A DNA stretch of 64,000 nucleotides from an uncultured Muribaculaceae bacterium (GTDB lineage: Bacteria; Bacteroidota; Bacteroidia; Bacteroidales; Muribaculaceae). The translations under genes were made by a program, and so were the position numbers. The stretch is from contig CANQQE010000007.1 in the NCBI GenBank assembly GCA_947625935.1, positions 13,724 through 77,723 on the forward strand, in the 5' to 3' direction. Positions 27,505-36,980 of the stretch are shown one piece after another (position 1 is the first letter of the stretch; each line of letters begins with the position of its first letter). The notes under the pieces are model-generated. The model saw only the letters and a program-made list of their open reading frames with translations, did not search any database and was not told the DNA's origin.

Positions 27505-28377
27505 TTATGCAGCGTAGATCGTGTGATATACGAACTCGACATCCTCTTTGTATAAGGCTTCGACCGTGTTGAACATCAGCGAAGAATTATGTACTTCATT
27601 GGATAAGATCGAATGAGCCTTGGCAGCATACTCTTTGGAGCCGGCTACCAGCAGTAAATACTGATGAATGCTCTTAAATTCCGAACCGACGAATTTGTCA
27701 AGCACATCATAAGAATCCTGCATGATCTTCTGGATGTCCTTATCGTTGTTATCGCGCTCACGAAATAATTTTTTGAAATTCATCTTTTGGCGGATCACTT
27801 TTTGCGGCTCTTTGACCGTAATATATTCGATCCGGATATATTCCGGCATTTTTCTATAAAAGTTATCCACGCGGTCGATGATCGCGGCTTTATCGCTGTC
27901 AAATAAAAGCGCCGACGCATTGCCTACGACGCGATACATAAACCCGCAGGTGCCATCCAGGAACGTAATGAGGCCGGTATTCTCATCAATATCTTTTACG
28001 CCGACCATGCGGTAAAACGCCGTGGGATTGTCGGTCCGCCTTGTCTTTAAGACTCTCGTGGACTTGTTGAACATATAAGTTGCCATATAACGCAGCGCCT
28101 TGAACCGGCTCTGCCCGCCTTTATCCGTCGTTGTGACCAAAAAGACGAACGCGAGAACACTTCCCATGAAAAGGACTTTGAACAACGGATTCAAATAATG
28201 AAACGGCAGCGCCTGTGTGAAACACATAATGAACGAACCGAATACCGCCGCGATCCAGACAAGAATCACCTTTAACGGTAAGGGCCGCAGGCCGACGCCG
28301 CCGTTCGTCTGCAGTGCCACTTCTGTATCAAGATACGAAACATCCAGGTTTGTGGGGATCTTATACGATGCTTTCAT
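27505..28377 (-). CDS. PrgI/TcpE (VirB3-like) membrane protein with an extra C-terminal cytoplasmic domain
   Basis: ORF track start 28383 is TTG; ATG 28377 is better spaced from the GAGGT SD. The N-terminus YKIPTNLDV...GLRPLPLKVILVWIAAVFGSFIMCF plus a second TM LFKVLFMGSVLAFVFLV forms the typical VirB3/PrgI hairpin. Confidence 0.5.
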   Translation of the reverse strand: MKASYKIPTNLDVSYLDTEVALQTNGGVGLRPLPLKVILVWIAAVFGSFIMCFTQALPFHYLNPLFKVLFMGSVLAFVFLVTTTDKGGQSRFKALRYMATYMFNKSTRVLKTRRTDNPTAFYRMVGVKDIDENTGLITFLDGTCGFMYRVVGNASALLFDSDKAAIIDRVDNFYRKMPEYIRIEYITVKEPQKVIRQKMNFKKLFRERDNNDKDIQKIMQDSYDVLDKFVGSEFKSIHQYLLLVAGSKEYAAKAHSILSNEVHNSSLMFNTVEALYKEDVEFVYHTIYAA

Positions 28378-28417
28378 AGACAATCTACCTCATTTTCTTT
28401 AAAAATTTCATGAAACC

Positions 28418-28446
28418 AGTATAACATAATCCGCTAAATAAATCAA
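28418..28446 (-). promoter_or_regulatory. Promoter for the VirB3-like/VirB4-like/VirB6-like operon
   Basis: TTGATT - 17 nt - TATACT, with an A/T-rich UP-like tract upstream. Confidence 0.55.
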
Positions 28447-28470
28447 TAAAAATAATAAAAATATATAAAA

Positions 28471-28503
28471 GGACTCAAATTTAATAAAAATAAACTTGAG
28501 TCC
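28471..28503 (-). terminator. Weak terminator-like hairpin after CDS 28512..29396
   Basis: 8-bp stem GGACTCAA / TTGAGTCC with a 17-nt AT loop, T-rich downstream. Confidence 0.4.
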
Positions 28504-28511
28504 GTTCAGAC

Positions 28512-29396
28512 TTACATGTACTTGGACATCTTGGACGCCAATGGTGAGATCAGTTCGTCATCCTGCGCCGCCTCAGGCTGCTGCTTATTCGGATCCTGCT
28601 CTTCTATTTGAGTCAAATCATTATAGAGCATCATGCGCTCATACGCAGACTTGGACGAATCATTTAATAATTTGTCCTTATCATAATTATCAGGCACCGA
28701 TTCGACCGGCCGCTCCACCCGCGCTTCTTTTAAATCAACATAGTTTTCCTGAATCTTCTCACGGTATTCCGTCTGATTCTGCCGTTCCGGATTCACGGTC
28801 TCCTGCATTTCCTGATCTAATTCCAGAGCGCCGGGATTAAAATCTTCGTATGTGATCTCATAGGGATCTTTGAAAAAATTATCGAAATCAGCATTTTCTG
28901 CCAGACAGTGAACCAGAGAAAGTCCTCTCGCCATCTCAATGATCGTCATCGGAAATCCGGAATCATTAGGTGAAGAATAGATTGCATATTTGGACGCCGG
29001 ATTCGCATTATCGCCCAGATAGCTGTCCGCGTCACCGTAGGCTGCCTGCGAGCGCATCTCTTTTAATATCTTCTGGAACTTGACCACGGCGTTCGGGGCG
29101 TTCAGATCGCCGGGCGTGAATACTGCCTGGAATCCGCCCTGGGCGTTCACCTGTTCCATAAATTCATCCGGAGTAAGTTCCAGATGTGTTCCTCTCACGG
29201 AATTGAACCCGTCCTTTCCGCCGAGAATGTAGTCCCCGGTGAACAGAACGCAGTCAGGTTCCACGATCGTCGGTCCGGTATACTGGAACAGACAGTTCTG
29301 ATAATCTCTCATAGTCTCGACGATCTCCTGCTGCCTGCGGGCGGACATTTTCTGCATATATTCAAAAGTATCCTGTGTATTGATATTATTCTGCAT
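28512..29396 (-). CDS. Hypothetical protein
   Basis: 294 aa with a GGAGGAAG SD. It has its own TTGACA-17-TATAAT promoter and a downstream hairpin. No motif recognised. Confidence 0.75.
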   Translation of the reverse strand: MQNNINTQDTFEYMQKMSARRQQEIVETMRDYQNCLFQYTGPTIVEPDCVLFTGDYILGGKDGFNSVRGTHLELTPDEFMEQVNAQGGFQAVFTPGDLNAPNAVVKFQKILKEMRSQAAYGDADSYLGDNANPASKYAIYSSPNDSGFPMTIIEMARGLSLVHCLAENADFDNFFKDPYEITYEDFNPGALELDQEMQETVNPERQNQTEYREKIQENYVDLKEARVERPVESVPDNYDKDKLLNDSSKSAYERMMLYNDLTQIEEQDPNKQQPEAAQDDELISPLASKMSKYM

Positions 29397-29421
29397 GGTC
29401 TTCCTCCAATCTTAAACTCAA

Positions 29422-29450
29422 TTATATAAATATATGAACGCCTTGTCAAG
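29422..29450 (-). promoter_or_regulatory. Promoter for CDS 28512..29396
   Basis: TTGACA - 17 nt - TATAAT (full consensus). Confidence 0.65.
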
Positions 29451-29465
29451 ATAACAGGTATCTTA

Positions 29466-30599
29466 TTATTTTTTCGATTCAGTGCAAATAGCCAGATCTT
29501 CCGTTGTGTGATAACCGGTATAATCTCCTTTTCGATTAAAAACACGTACCACCCGGTTATAATAATCGATCCCCGCAAAATTCATAAATTCCTGAATTGT
29601 ATGTTCTTTCCCCGGCCCATAAATACCAAGATATTCAGGACTGCCAAATTCACCAAATAATATCTGATTATGAACCTGTTCAGATGTTCGTTTAGAACAT
29701 CCGGTAGAACTTAACGCCGGTTCTTTTGTAAAAATAGGAATCTCAGGATATGTGTTCTGCCTGTGATATAAATGATAGATACATTCGATATGAGGTGCAA
29801 AAATACGCCACCCGTGTGTCCACAGCCGTGCGGCATAGGAACATTCATCTGACATATGGTACATATCCGGATCATTCAGTACTTCTTTATCAAATTCAGA
29901 CGGCCCGAACAAACACCCGCCGCTGATAAAAGCGCTCTCTGAATTATGCTGAGACGGTTTATATGCGAACTGGCACCGATACGTCATCGAAAGTTCATGA
30001 AAATCCAAAGCGGTCGCTAAAAAACAATAATGGACTGCTGTTCCTGATGTAAACGCTGTATCATAGATATCTGCCGTACGCATTTTTTCAGTCAAAGATA
30101 TCGGGTACCCGGAAATAACGGATTTTTTCACGGGGTTTTCTTTTAAACAGGCGATCAGTGCTGCATCCCAGAAATCAGCGAACCGCATGTGGCTGTCGAT
30201 ATGAAAAGAATACTGCTCATCATCCACCATCTGCTGGCAGATATTCCGCGCCGCGCATAGACCAGGCGCTTCTTCCGGCTGGATCTGTATATATTTGCAA
30301 TTCGGCAGTCCCATCACGAATTTAACGCGATCAGGATCATTATCCTGCAGACAGATACAGAAATGCAGACGTGAAGGATTTGCTGCTTTCGCCAATGCCG
30401 ATTGAATCGTAGGAATCAATTCCGGATCACAGAACGCCGGTATCTGTATCGCAATCTTGGACGTCAGATCCGGTTCTTTTACATTCAAAAGATAGGATAA
30501 GTACGGTATCGTTCCGATTTTTTGTTCCAGGGATTTTATCTTTTTGTGAAACAGTTCCGGCCGTCTCGCCTCCAATGCCGCTTTTTTATCAAAACTCAT
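29466..30599 (-). CDS. Glycosyltransferase, GlcNAc-transferase-like (GT-A fold)
   Basis: ORF track start 30605 is TTG; ATG 30599 is 8 nt from GAGAGG. Motifs IAIQIPAFCDPELIPTIQSAL..RLHFCICLQDNDPD and QYSFHIDSHMRFADFWD match the pattern of the 'glycosyltransferase (GlcNAc)' family as I remember it. Confidence 0.55.
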   Translation of the reverse strand: MSFDKKAALEARRPELFHKKIKSLEQKIGTIPYLSYLLNVKEPDLTSKIAIQIPAFCDPELIPTIQSALAKAANPSRLHFCICLQDNDPDRVKFVMGLPNCKYIQIQPEEAPGLCAARNICQQMVDDEQYSFHIDSHMRFADFWDAALIACLKENPVKKSVISGYPISLTEKMRTADIYDTAFTSGTAVHYCFLATALDFHELSMTYRCQFAYKPSQHNSESAFISGGCLFGPSEFDKEVLNDPDMYHMSDECSYAARLWTHGWRIFAPHIECIYHLYHRQNTYPEIPIFTKEPALSSTGCSKRTSEQVHNQILFGEFGSPEYLGIYGPGKEHTIQEFMNFAGIDYYNRVVRVFNRKGDYTGYHTTEDLAICTESKK

Positions 30600-30630
30600 A
30601 TGCAATACCTCTCTATGTTTTTATAAAAGC

Positions 30631-30659
30631 ATTATACCAAATAAAATTCTGTATATCAA
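30631..30659 (-). promoter_or_regulatory. Promoter for the glycosyltransferase gene
   Basis: TTGATA - 17 nt - TATAAT. Confidence 0.6.
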
Positions 30660-30705
30660 TAATATTTTTATATAAAATAATTTATCTTTGTTTATTCATA
30701 ACAAC

Positions 30706-30734
30706 AAAAACCCGCCTGTCGTATAACAGGCGGG
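30706..30734 (-). terminator. Terminator after the topoisomerase gene
   Basis: 9-bp GC-rich stem CCCGCCTGT / ACAGGCGGG with a 6-nt loop and a U5 run. Confidence 0.85.
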
Positions 30735-30741
30735 CCCGTTC

Positions 30742-32907
30742 TTATTTTACGAACTCTACGACCTCGATCTTCTCGGCAGATGCGTTCCATTTCACTTTTG
30801 CTTTGAACGCCTTGCCGGATTTCCCGATGAATTTATTTCCGAGAATTGTCTTCCCGGCCTTCAGATCGGCTTTCTCGGCATCTGTGAATGTGTACTGGCA
30901 CCAGCTGCTCGGTCCGTCGTTAATGAAACGCGTCCTGGAAAAACCGACGAACTCAACGCCGTTATAGGTCTGCTTCTCCAGTTTACCGGCACATTTGTAC
31001 GGCTTCCCTGCAGACGAGACCGCGTCGATCTGGATTTCTTCACCGTTAAGCAGCGCCTCGCATTCATCATCCGTAAAACGGTGTCCCGACCATATTCTTT
31101 TCGGATGCACTTCCTCACCGTTCCATGTTCCCTCAAATCTTTCCGCCTGATCTCCACTCATAGTTAAATTAAGCTCCTTTCTCATATTTTGGCCGTTTGT
31201 GTTCATAACGGCGATATCGTCCAGGACAAAACCTGCGACTTCTGCGAGGCATTCGTCCGGATCTTTTTTCTTCTCAGCGATCAGCTTCATGTCATCAAAG
31301 ACATGTGTCGTGATCTCAAGCGTGCCGATATGCGTTCCCGGCAGCAGCTTGTAGCTCATCGTGCCGTATTCCGTCATCGTGATCTTGCCCTTGCTGTCCT
31401 TCAATAACGGATATTTGGACTTCTCATTCGTGATCTCAGCGTATGTGCTCGTCCGCGTCGCACCGGTCCCCACGTCTGCCTTGTCAAGCTGGTTCATGAG
31501 CCACTTCATCGTAGGCGACTGCGGCTTCGGCGGAAATCCTTCGTAGATAAAAGGCGAACCCGTCATACCGAATCCCGCTGCATTTTCGGACTCATCCGGA
31601 TCATCGTCTGTCTGATACACCAGCTTCCATCCGGGCTTGACCGGAATGCTGACGTGAGACTTAAAATCCGGATATTTCTCTAAATAAGCGTCCTGCGCAT
31701 CGTACTCATAATCCTCGCACAGCATGGCCAGATACGACGTCGCCAGGATATAATAGATCTCTCCCGCGCACTTTCCATAAGACGCCAAGTCGTTTAATTT
31801 ATCCGGCACATTGGTTCCAGGCCGGTTCGCGCCGTGGGCCATGCCTTCTTTTACAAAGCCTGTCCTGGGAGATTTATTTGTCAATAATGCCGGATCTACG
31901 CCGACTACATTAGCGATTTTATCGCAGTACGGCAGCAGTTCATTGAACTGTTCCAGCGTAATTGCTTTATCTTCGGTCCTTGGATAAGACACTACCTGGG
32001 CTTCATACATCTTCTGATAAGTGTCCAGCACCTCTTTTGCTTTGTAGCCTTTTGACGACAATCTCGCGGATAAAGTCGCCAGGTCGATCAGCTTGGGCGG
32101 CGCTTTTTTCTTACGCGTCTTCCCGCCACAGATCACGGCCGAGTCATTGTACTTACCTTTCGGAACCTGGTTCTTGTCGTCGTATTTCTGCTCGTCCGGA
32201 TTCACAAAGATATTGGAGTTCTCGTCTTTGAACCGATACTGGTAATACGGGATCTTTTTGTATCCATTTACTTTGGCCAGCTGGTCGCCTACCAATAAGA
32301 TCATCGCTGATTTCAGCCGCCCCTGACGCAGCACCGCCTTTCCGTCCCCGCATTTTGTGGCCACTCTTGTGAACTGCATCGACAGAAAATCCCACTTAGA
32401 CCTGTAAAGCGCCTTCTGATAATCAGGATCGTCATAGATCGAAGCGAAATGCTTGCGGTTCACAAAGGCTTTTTGCAGCGAAGCCGGCGCCTCATCGGCA
32501 AAGAACATCCTGGAATACTTTTTTCCCGAATCAAAACCGAGATTGATGATGATCTCGTCTGCCAAAAGCGTTCCCTCACCGGAAGGGTCATCATCCGTCG
32601 CAATCACGATCTCATCGCATTTCAAAAACGTATCGCGGATCGCGTCCAACGTGTCCGTCACATCATCTTTTTCGGCATAGTCCCACTTGAAATCACCAGG
32701 ATCCCAGGGCATATTATTCAGCGCCCAAGAATGATACTTATCTTTTTTATCTTTCGGCACCTGATGTTCCGGATCTTTGAACTCATACAGGTGTCCGCGG
32801 GCGCAGCACAGCTGGAATGATTCACCGTTGTAAGTCCCGTTCGTCCCGCCGAACGCTTTGGCCATGTTCCGCATTGCGCTGGGTTTTTCTGCTAAGATAG
32901 CTAACAT
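30742..32907 (-). CDS. topB: Type IA DNA topoisomerase (topoisomerase III-like) of the conjugative element
   Basis: Toprim N-terminus MLAILAEKPSAMRNMAKAFGG. Acidic cluster VIATDDDPSGEG. Active-site tyrosine context QVVSYPRTEDKAI. Repeated C-terminal beta-rich modules. AAGGAG SD. Confidence 0.85.
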   Translation of the reverse strand: MLAILAEKPSAMRNMAKAFGGTNGTYNGESFQLCCARGHLYEFKDPEHQVPKDKKDKYHSWALNNMPWDPGDFKWDYAEKDDVTDTLDAIRDTFLKCDEIVIATDDDPSGEGTLLADEIIINLGFDSGKKYSRMFFADEAPASLQKAFVNRKHFASIYDDPDYQKALYRSKWDFLSMQFTRVATKCGDGKAVLRQGRLKSAMILLVGDQLAKVNGYKKIPYYQYRFKDENSNIFVNPDEQKYDDKNQVPKGKYNDSAVICGGKTRKKKAPPKLIDLATLSARLSSKGYKAKEVLDTYQKMYEAQVVSYPRTEDKAITLEQFNELLPYCDKIANVVGVDPALLTNKSPRTGFVKEGMAHGANRPGTNVPDKLNDLASYGKCAGEIYYILATSYLAMLCEDYEYDAQDAYLEKYPDFKSHVSIPVKPGWKLVYQTDDDPDESENAAGFGMTGSPFIYEGFPPKPQSPTMKWLMNQLDKADVGTGATRTSTYAEITNEKSKYPLLKDSKGKITMTEYGTMSYKLLPGTHIGTLEITTHVFDDMKLIAEKKKDPDECLAEVAGFVLDDIAVMNTNGQNMRKELNLTMSGDQAERFEGTWNGEEVHPKRIWSGHRFTDDECEALLNGEEIQIDAVSSAGKPYKCAGKLEKQTYNGVEFVGFSRTRFINDGPSSWCQYTFTDAEKADLKAGKTILGNKFIGKSGKAFKAKVKWNASAEKIEVVEFVK

Positions 32908-32940
32908 ATCGTTCGTCTCCTTATTTGTTGATTTTTAATA

Positions 32941-32969
32941 ATTATATTAAAAATAATATCAAAAGTCAA
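32941..32969 (-). promoter_or_regulatory. Promoter for the topoisomerase gene
   Basis: TTGACT - 17 nt - TATAAT. Confidence 0.6.
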
Positions 32970-32980
32970 TAGGTTTACGC

Positions 32981-33008
32981 AAAAAATCTGCCGTTTTTCA
33001 CGGCAGAT
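32981..33008 (-). terminator. Terminator after CDS 33015..33956
   Basis: 8-bp stem ATCTGCCG / CGGCAGAT plus a U6 run. Confidence 0.8.
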
Positions 33009-33014
33009 CTTAAT

Positions 33015-33956
33015 TCAAGCCTCATATTGTTCTTCAGATTCGGACTCAGGTGCTTCGGTACTCTTGCCTGTCGCCTCAAGCAGCTTTGCAAAACTCGTAC
33101 CGAGCATCTGCATCGTACCACCGCCGGTCTTTTCAGCAATACCTTCGGCGATGTTATTAAGCAGGCCGTCTTCATTTGTGAGCGATTCTGACGCCGCACT
33201 GAGGATCTTTGCTGCGCCAGGCGATGTCTGCGCAAGGCTGTCGCCGATACCGTCCAGTACATTGCCGAGCTCCGTCATATTCATAGAGAGAACATCGTCC
33301 GTGGTCTCAGCGTCCACAACAGTCTCTTCGCCGGGAACCGTTTTATCATCTGCGTCTGCCTCTTCTCCGCCGTTATCGACAACGGCGCCATCCGTCATTT
33401 CTTCATCCGAAGATGCGCCTGGAACATATTTAGCGTCTACGTCCGTTTCATTTTGGCCGTCTAAGAAATTAAACCCGTCAGCCCAGTTTTTAATGCCCAG
33501 ACCGACCAAGCCGAGCGCTCCGCTTGCTAAAAGTCCTTTCTCACCCACGTTATTCCAAACGGTAGACGCGAAACCAGCGCCGCCATGCAGGATCGTTGCG
33601 CCCATATCTTTCACGTCGGACCATACTTTCTTGCCGCCGGTCTTGATCATCTCAAACTTCGCCTGCGCAAGCTGTTTGTCCGCAGCAGACTCTGCATCGA
33701 CCATCTTTAAGGCATCCTCAAACGTCACATAAGATCCCTGCGCCACTGTGTCGCGGGCCGTCTCGTCCGCGTTAACGTCTTTTTCTTCCAGCTGTTTTAG
33801 GGTATTTTTTGCCGCCTCGTAGTTATCGTCGATCGCTGCCTGGTTATGCTCATAAGCATCTTTGGCATTTTCCGTCTGCGCTGCGATATTCTGATCTACA
33901 TTCCGTCTGGAATCAGATACAAGCTCCTGCTCTTTCTGCTTATTTTCATCACTCAT
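33015..33956 (-). CDS. Hypothetical protein (coiled-coil N-terminus, Gly-rich hydrophobic centre, acidic C-terminus)
   Basis: 313 aa with an AGAGGT SD. It has its own consensus promoter and terminator. Confidence 0.7.
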   Translation of the reverse strand: MSDENKQKEQELVSDSRRNVDQNIAAQTENAKDAYEHNQAAIDDNYEAAKNTLKQLEEKDVNADETARDTVAQGSYVTFEDALKMVDAESAADKQLAQAKFEMIKTGGKKVWSDVKDMGATILHGGAGFASTVWNNVGEKGLLASGALGLVGLGIKNWADGFNFLDGQNETDVDAKYVPGASSDEEMTDGAVVDNGGEEADADDKTVPGEETVVDAETTDDVLSMNMTELGNVLDGIGDSLAQTSPGAAKILSAASESLTNEDGLLNNIAEGIAEKTGGGTMQMLGTSFAKLLEATGKSTEAPESESEEQYEA

Positions 33957-34001
33957 AAAAACATTACCTCTTTTAATATCGGATTATCGTTCACACTGTC
34001 G

Positions 34002-34030
34002 ATTATATAATATATATATAACAGTGTCAA
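34002..34030 (-). promoter_or_regulatory. Promoter for CDS 33015..33956
   Basis: TTGACA - 17 nt - TATAAT. The -35 box overlaps the stop of the upstream gene. ACACTGT/ACAGTGT arms flank the -10 box. Confidence 0.65.
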
Positions 34031-35268
34031 GATTTAGACTTTGAAATGCGCAGCTTCTTCATATTTTCCTGTACCTGCTTTCCACGCGCGATCATATCCT
34101 GCGTGGATTCATGCCCCTGTTCCAGCTCGGCATTTGCATCGCCGTACACGCCGTTCATCATATCCTCCGTATCATCATAATCTATTTCCAGATCCGTATA
34201 TTCAGGTTCATCTTCATAATTATAATATCCATCATCCGGTTCATAGCTGTCTGATTCAGGCTGTGCATCATCTGACGAGACAGTCTGTACCGGCGGCGTA
34301 TAGATAGATGCACGAGTTTTCCGGCGCACCTGGTCTTTATACAGCTCACGGCCGTTCTTCGTTCTGAAATACTCATATGCCGTGTCCACGCCGGACATCA
34401 TATCCCACACCATACCGTTTGATAAAAAGTCTACGTCTGAAGGAGATTCTCCCGGCATGATGGGCGGAGCAAACGCCAACATGTTCAAGACATTGTAACA
34501 AATCGCAATATAGATCTTATCCAGCCGGACTTTTTCATCAACTGAATCTTTCGCCGCAGCAGTCATCAGAGTAGAAACGATGTTGATCTGGTTCTCCAAA
34601 GTTTCTAACTTATCGACCAGGCTGTTCGACGCATTGTAGCTCATCCGGTTCAACTTTGCCGGTGAAGCATGGATATCCAGGTTCTCAGCAATTTCAAAGA
34701 TACGTTCCAGCGTCTCTCGTGATTCAAACGCCACATCCTCAGGCTGTCCGAAATACCAGTACAGAAAGCCGGCCATGATCTCATTCTGCGTGGCCCGCGT
34801 CGAAAGCTGTCCGATTTCGCCCTGAACATATCTTAATAACTGCGTAGGAATAGCGATCGTGCTGACCTGATTCTTTGACACGACTCTTGCAGAATTACCG
34901 GATCTGGACATGCCGATCTCTTTGTTCATACCCCGCTCCTGGTTCATGCGCCTTATCATCGAAACAGAATTCTTCATGAGGGTAGCATTTAACAGTTGAG
35001 ACGCCAGCTGCTTCTGGACATCCTGATATTTCGTATCGAACTGCCCGGTGCCTAATTCTACTTCACGGCTTTCTTTTACCGATTCCGCTGCCTCGTCCCG
35101 CGCCTCTTGATTCACCGCCGCTTTCTCCGCATTTTTTTTAGAAATGATAGCATCTGATTTATTTTTGCTGGCCGCATTATTCAGATTTTCTTTTAACGTC
35201 TTCCCCTGCGTTTCACGCTGCCGCTCATCATATTCAGATAAGAAACCCTGCACATCATATCCATTCAT
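34027..35268 (-). CDS. Hypothetical protein
   Basis: 413 aa with a GAGGTG SD. Follows the RHH gene 35283..35615 in the same operon. Confidence 0.7.
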   Translation of the reverse strand: MNGYDVQGFLSEYDERQRETQGKTLKENLNNAASKNKSDAIISKKNAEKAAVNQEARDEAAESVKESREVELGTGQFDTKYQDVQKQLASQLLNATLMKNSVSMIRRMNQERGMNKEIGMSRSGNSARVVSKNQVSTIAIPTQLLRYVQGEIGQLSTRATQNEIMAGFLYWYFGQPEDVAFESRETLERIFEIAENLDIHASPAKLNRMSYNASNSLVDKLETLENQINIVSTLMTAAAKDSVDEKVRLDKIYIAICYNVLNMLAFAPPIMPGESPSDVDFLSNGMVWDMMSGVDTAYEYFRTKNGRELYKDQVRRKTRASIYTPPVQTVSSDDAQPESDSYEPDDGYYNYEDEPEYTDLEIDYDDTEDMMNGVYGDANAELEQGHESTQDMIARGKQVQENMKKLRISKSKS

Positions 35269-35282
35269 GCTGTTTCACCTCA

Positions 35283-35615
35283 TTATACCATATTTGTATC
35301 ATCATCTTCATACAAATAGTTATCGCCTTTTGTCAAATTGATCAAAGAGTTAAAACCCTCAATCGTAAGTTTTTCCAGATTAGCCACATTAGAACTCAGA
35401 ATGGCCAGATGATCCGTGATCTGATTGATCCGCTGCGCTTCGAGCTTTGCGAGAGGATAATAATCCTCGTTATCGTAACGGATCTCTAAGTCGATCGCCT
35501 CTCTCAATAATTCAGAAATAGAAATATTCTTCTTCTCAGCAATGTAGACCAGCTTATCGTATGTATTCGAGTCTACAGTTGCAGTGACTCTTTTATCACT
35601 CTCTTTTCGCGCCAT
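35283..35615 (-). CDS. Ribbon-helix-helix (CopG-like) domain protein
   Basis: 110 aa with an AAGGAG SD. The N-terminus RVTATVDSNTYDKLVYIAEKKNISISELLREAI has the RHH pattern. Confidence 0.55.
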   Translation of the reverse strand: MARKESDKRVTATVDSNTYDKLVYIAEKKNISISELLREAIDLEIRYDNEDYYPLAKLEAQRINQITDHLAILSSNVANLEKLTIEGFNSLINLTKGDNYLYEDDDTNMV

Positions 35616-35618
35616 AGT

Positions 35619-36482
35619 TCATTCTCCTTTATGGATCAGCGTTGCCGTGCGCGTCTTCACACAGACTACGATCAATCTGTTCGACGTTCCGGCACGCCCT
35701 TTGCATGTCGAAAGCACCAGGATGCGCTTTGCCGGATCGAACTGCATGTCGACTTCTACTTCACTGTTAGAAGCCAGTCCGTCCAGCAATTCCTGATACT
35801 CCGGCGTCTCTAATGAATAAGCGCCGAAATCGAACACCGGATGATGCTTGTCTACGACGCAGACGGCCACGGCCTTATATTCCTCACGGTATTCCGGCGT
35901 ATAGATATAAATCGGCGTCTCATTTGCAAATTTGGACTTCTCGAACTTATTCAACTGCGTGAACATGTCGCCGGACGCCATATGATGCCCGAATAAATAA
36001 TTCACCGTCGGCTCCGGCCCGCCCAGCTGCTCGTCGCATAATTCAAAGATCGAGCCGTATGCGGAATTATGGCCGTAAATATCGTGGCTCTGATAATAAT
36101 ACGCATAAGGCTCTGTTTCTTTCAGAACAGGATAATCAATATTCGTCCCAGGGACATAAATATATTTTGACACGTCGGCATTGATCGCCCGCAGGGCATC
36201 AAAATCAATGATGCGGTAAAGCGGATCTTCTGTCGTATTATCGACCGATACTTTTTTTCCGGAATCATCCATGAAATCCTGCTCTAATTCTGAATTATCG
36301 GCAATATCCTGGATCTCCCGCCAGAGCAGTCTTGTATTATACAGCTTCATGAAATCCATGATGCCGAACACCAGCAGAACGACGCACACGATGCTCGTAA
36401 CGCTGATCGCCGCAATCGTTTTTCTGTTGTATTTTTTATCGGGTTTCGGCGCAGAACCTGCATTTTTTAATTCAATAGCCAT
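35619..36482 (-). CDS. srtB: Class B sortase
   Basis: N-terminal TM. VPGTNIDYPV, LFGHHMASGDMF (catalytic His), ILVLSTCKG (TLxTC-type Cys) and SNRLIVV (Arg). AAGGAG SD. Adjacent to the surface-protein gene. Confidence 0.85.
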   Translation of the reverse strand: MAIELKNAGSAPKPDKKYNRKTIAAISVTSIVCVVLLVFGIMDFMKLYNTRLLWREIQDIADNSELEQDFMDDSGKKVSVDNTTEDPLYRIIDFDALRAINADVSKYIYVPGTNIDYPVLKETEPYAYYYQSHDIYGHNSAYGSIFELCDEQLGGPEPTVNYLFGHHMASGDMFTQLNKFEKSKFANETPIYIYTPEYREEYKAVAVCVVDKHHPVFDFGAYSLETPEYQELLDGLASNSEVEVDMQFDPAKRILVLSTCKGRAGTSNRLIVVCVKTRTATLIHKGE

Positions 36483-36486
36483 AGTT

Positions 36487-36843
36487 TTATTCTCCTTTTA
36501 ATTCAATATAAAATTCCGTGCATGTGAACACCGGCAGCTTTTTATCCGACACACCGAACAAAACGCCGTCCCGGACATAGATCTTTGATATGTCGTCATC
36601 CTCAAGATAATAAACAGCCGACCGGTTCCCGTTCACCGTTTCCAGAAAAACAGCATCAGAACATAAATATTCATATTCTTCGCCGTTCATGACCAGATAA
36701 ACGGTATCGTAGTTCTTTTCCTCGGCTTTCTCTTCTTTTGCCTCAGCCCGGAACCATACAGACGAATATGCAAAAGCAATAACCGCCAGCACCGCAAACA
36801 AGCTGATGATCTTCAAGGCTTTCGATGGTTTCTCTTCTTTCAT
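36487..36843 (-). CDS. Small membrane-anchored protein (sortase operon)
   Basis: ORF track gives 36487..36906, but the TATAAT box at 36878-36883 lies inside that extension. ATG 36843 follows AAAGGAAAAA. N-terminal TM ALKIISLFAVLAVIAFAYSS. Confidence 0.6.
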   Translation of the reverse strand: MKEEKPSKALKIISLFAVLAVIAFAYSSVWFRAEAKEEKAEEKNYDTVYLVMNGEEYEYLCSDAVFLETVNGNRSAVYYLEDDDISKIYVRDGVLFGVSDKKLPVFTCTEFYIELKGE

Positions 36844-36877
36844 ACACGTTTTTTTTCCTTTCACGAATTTTACAAAA

Positions 36878-36906
36878 ATTATAGCATATAAGATATTATT
36901 CGTCAA
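36878..36906 (-). promoter_or_regulatory. Promoter for the small-protein/sortase/RHH operon
   Basis: TTGACG - 17 nt - TATAAT. Confidence 0.6.
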
Positions 36907-36936
36907 TAAAATAATATAAAAATAATATTTTTGAAC

Positions 36937-36969
36937 ATAAAAACAGGACGGTCATAAAAACCGCCCTGT
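36937..36969 (-). terminator. Terminator after the adhesin gene
   Basis: Stem ACAGGACGG / CCGCCCTGT (one mismatch) plus a U-run. Confidence 0.65.
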
Positions 36970-36980
36970 CTGTAAAAACC

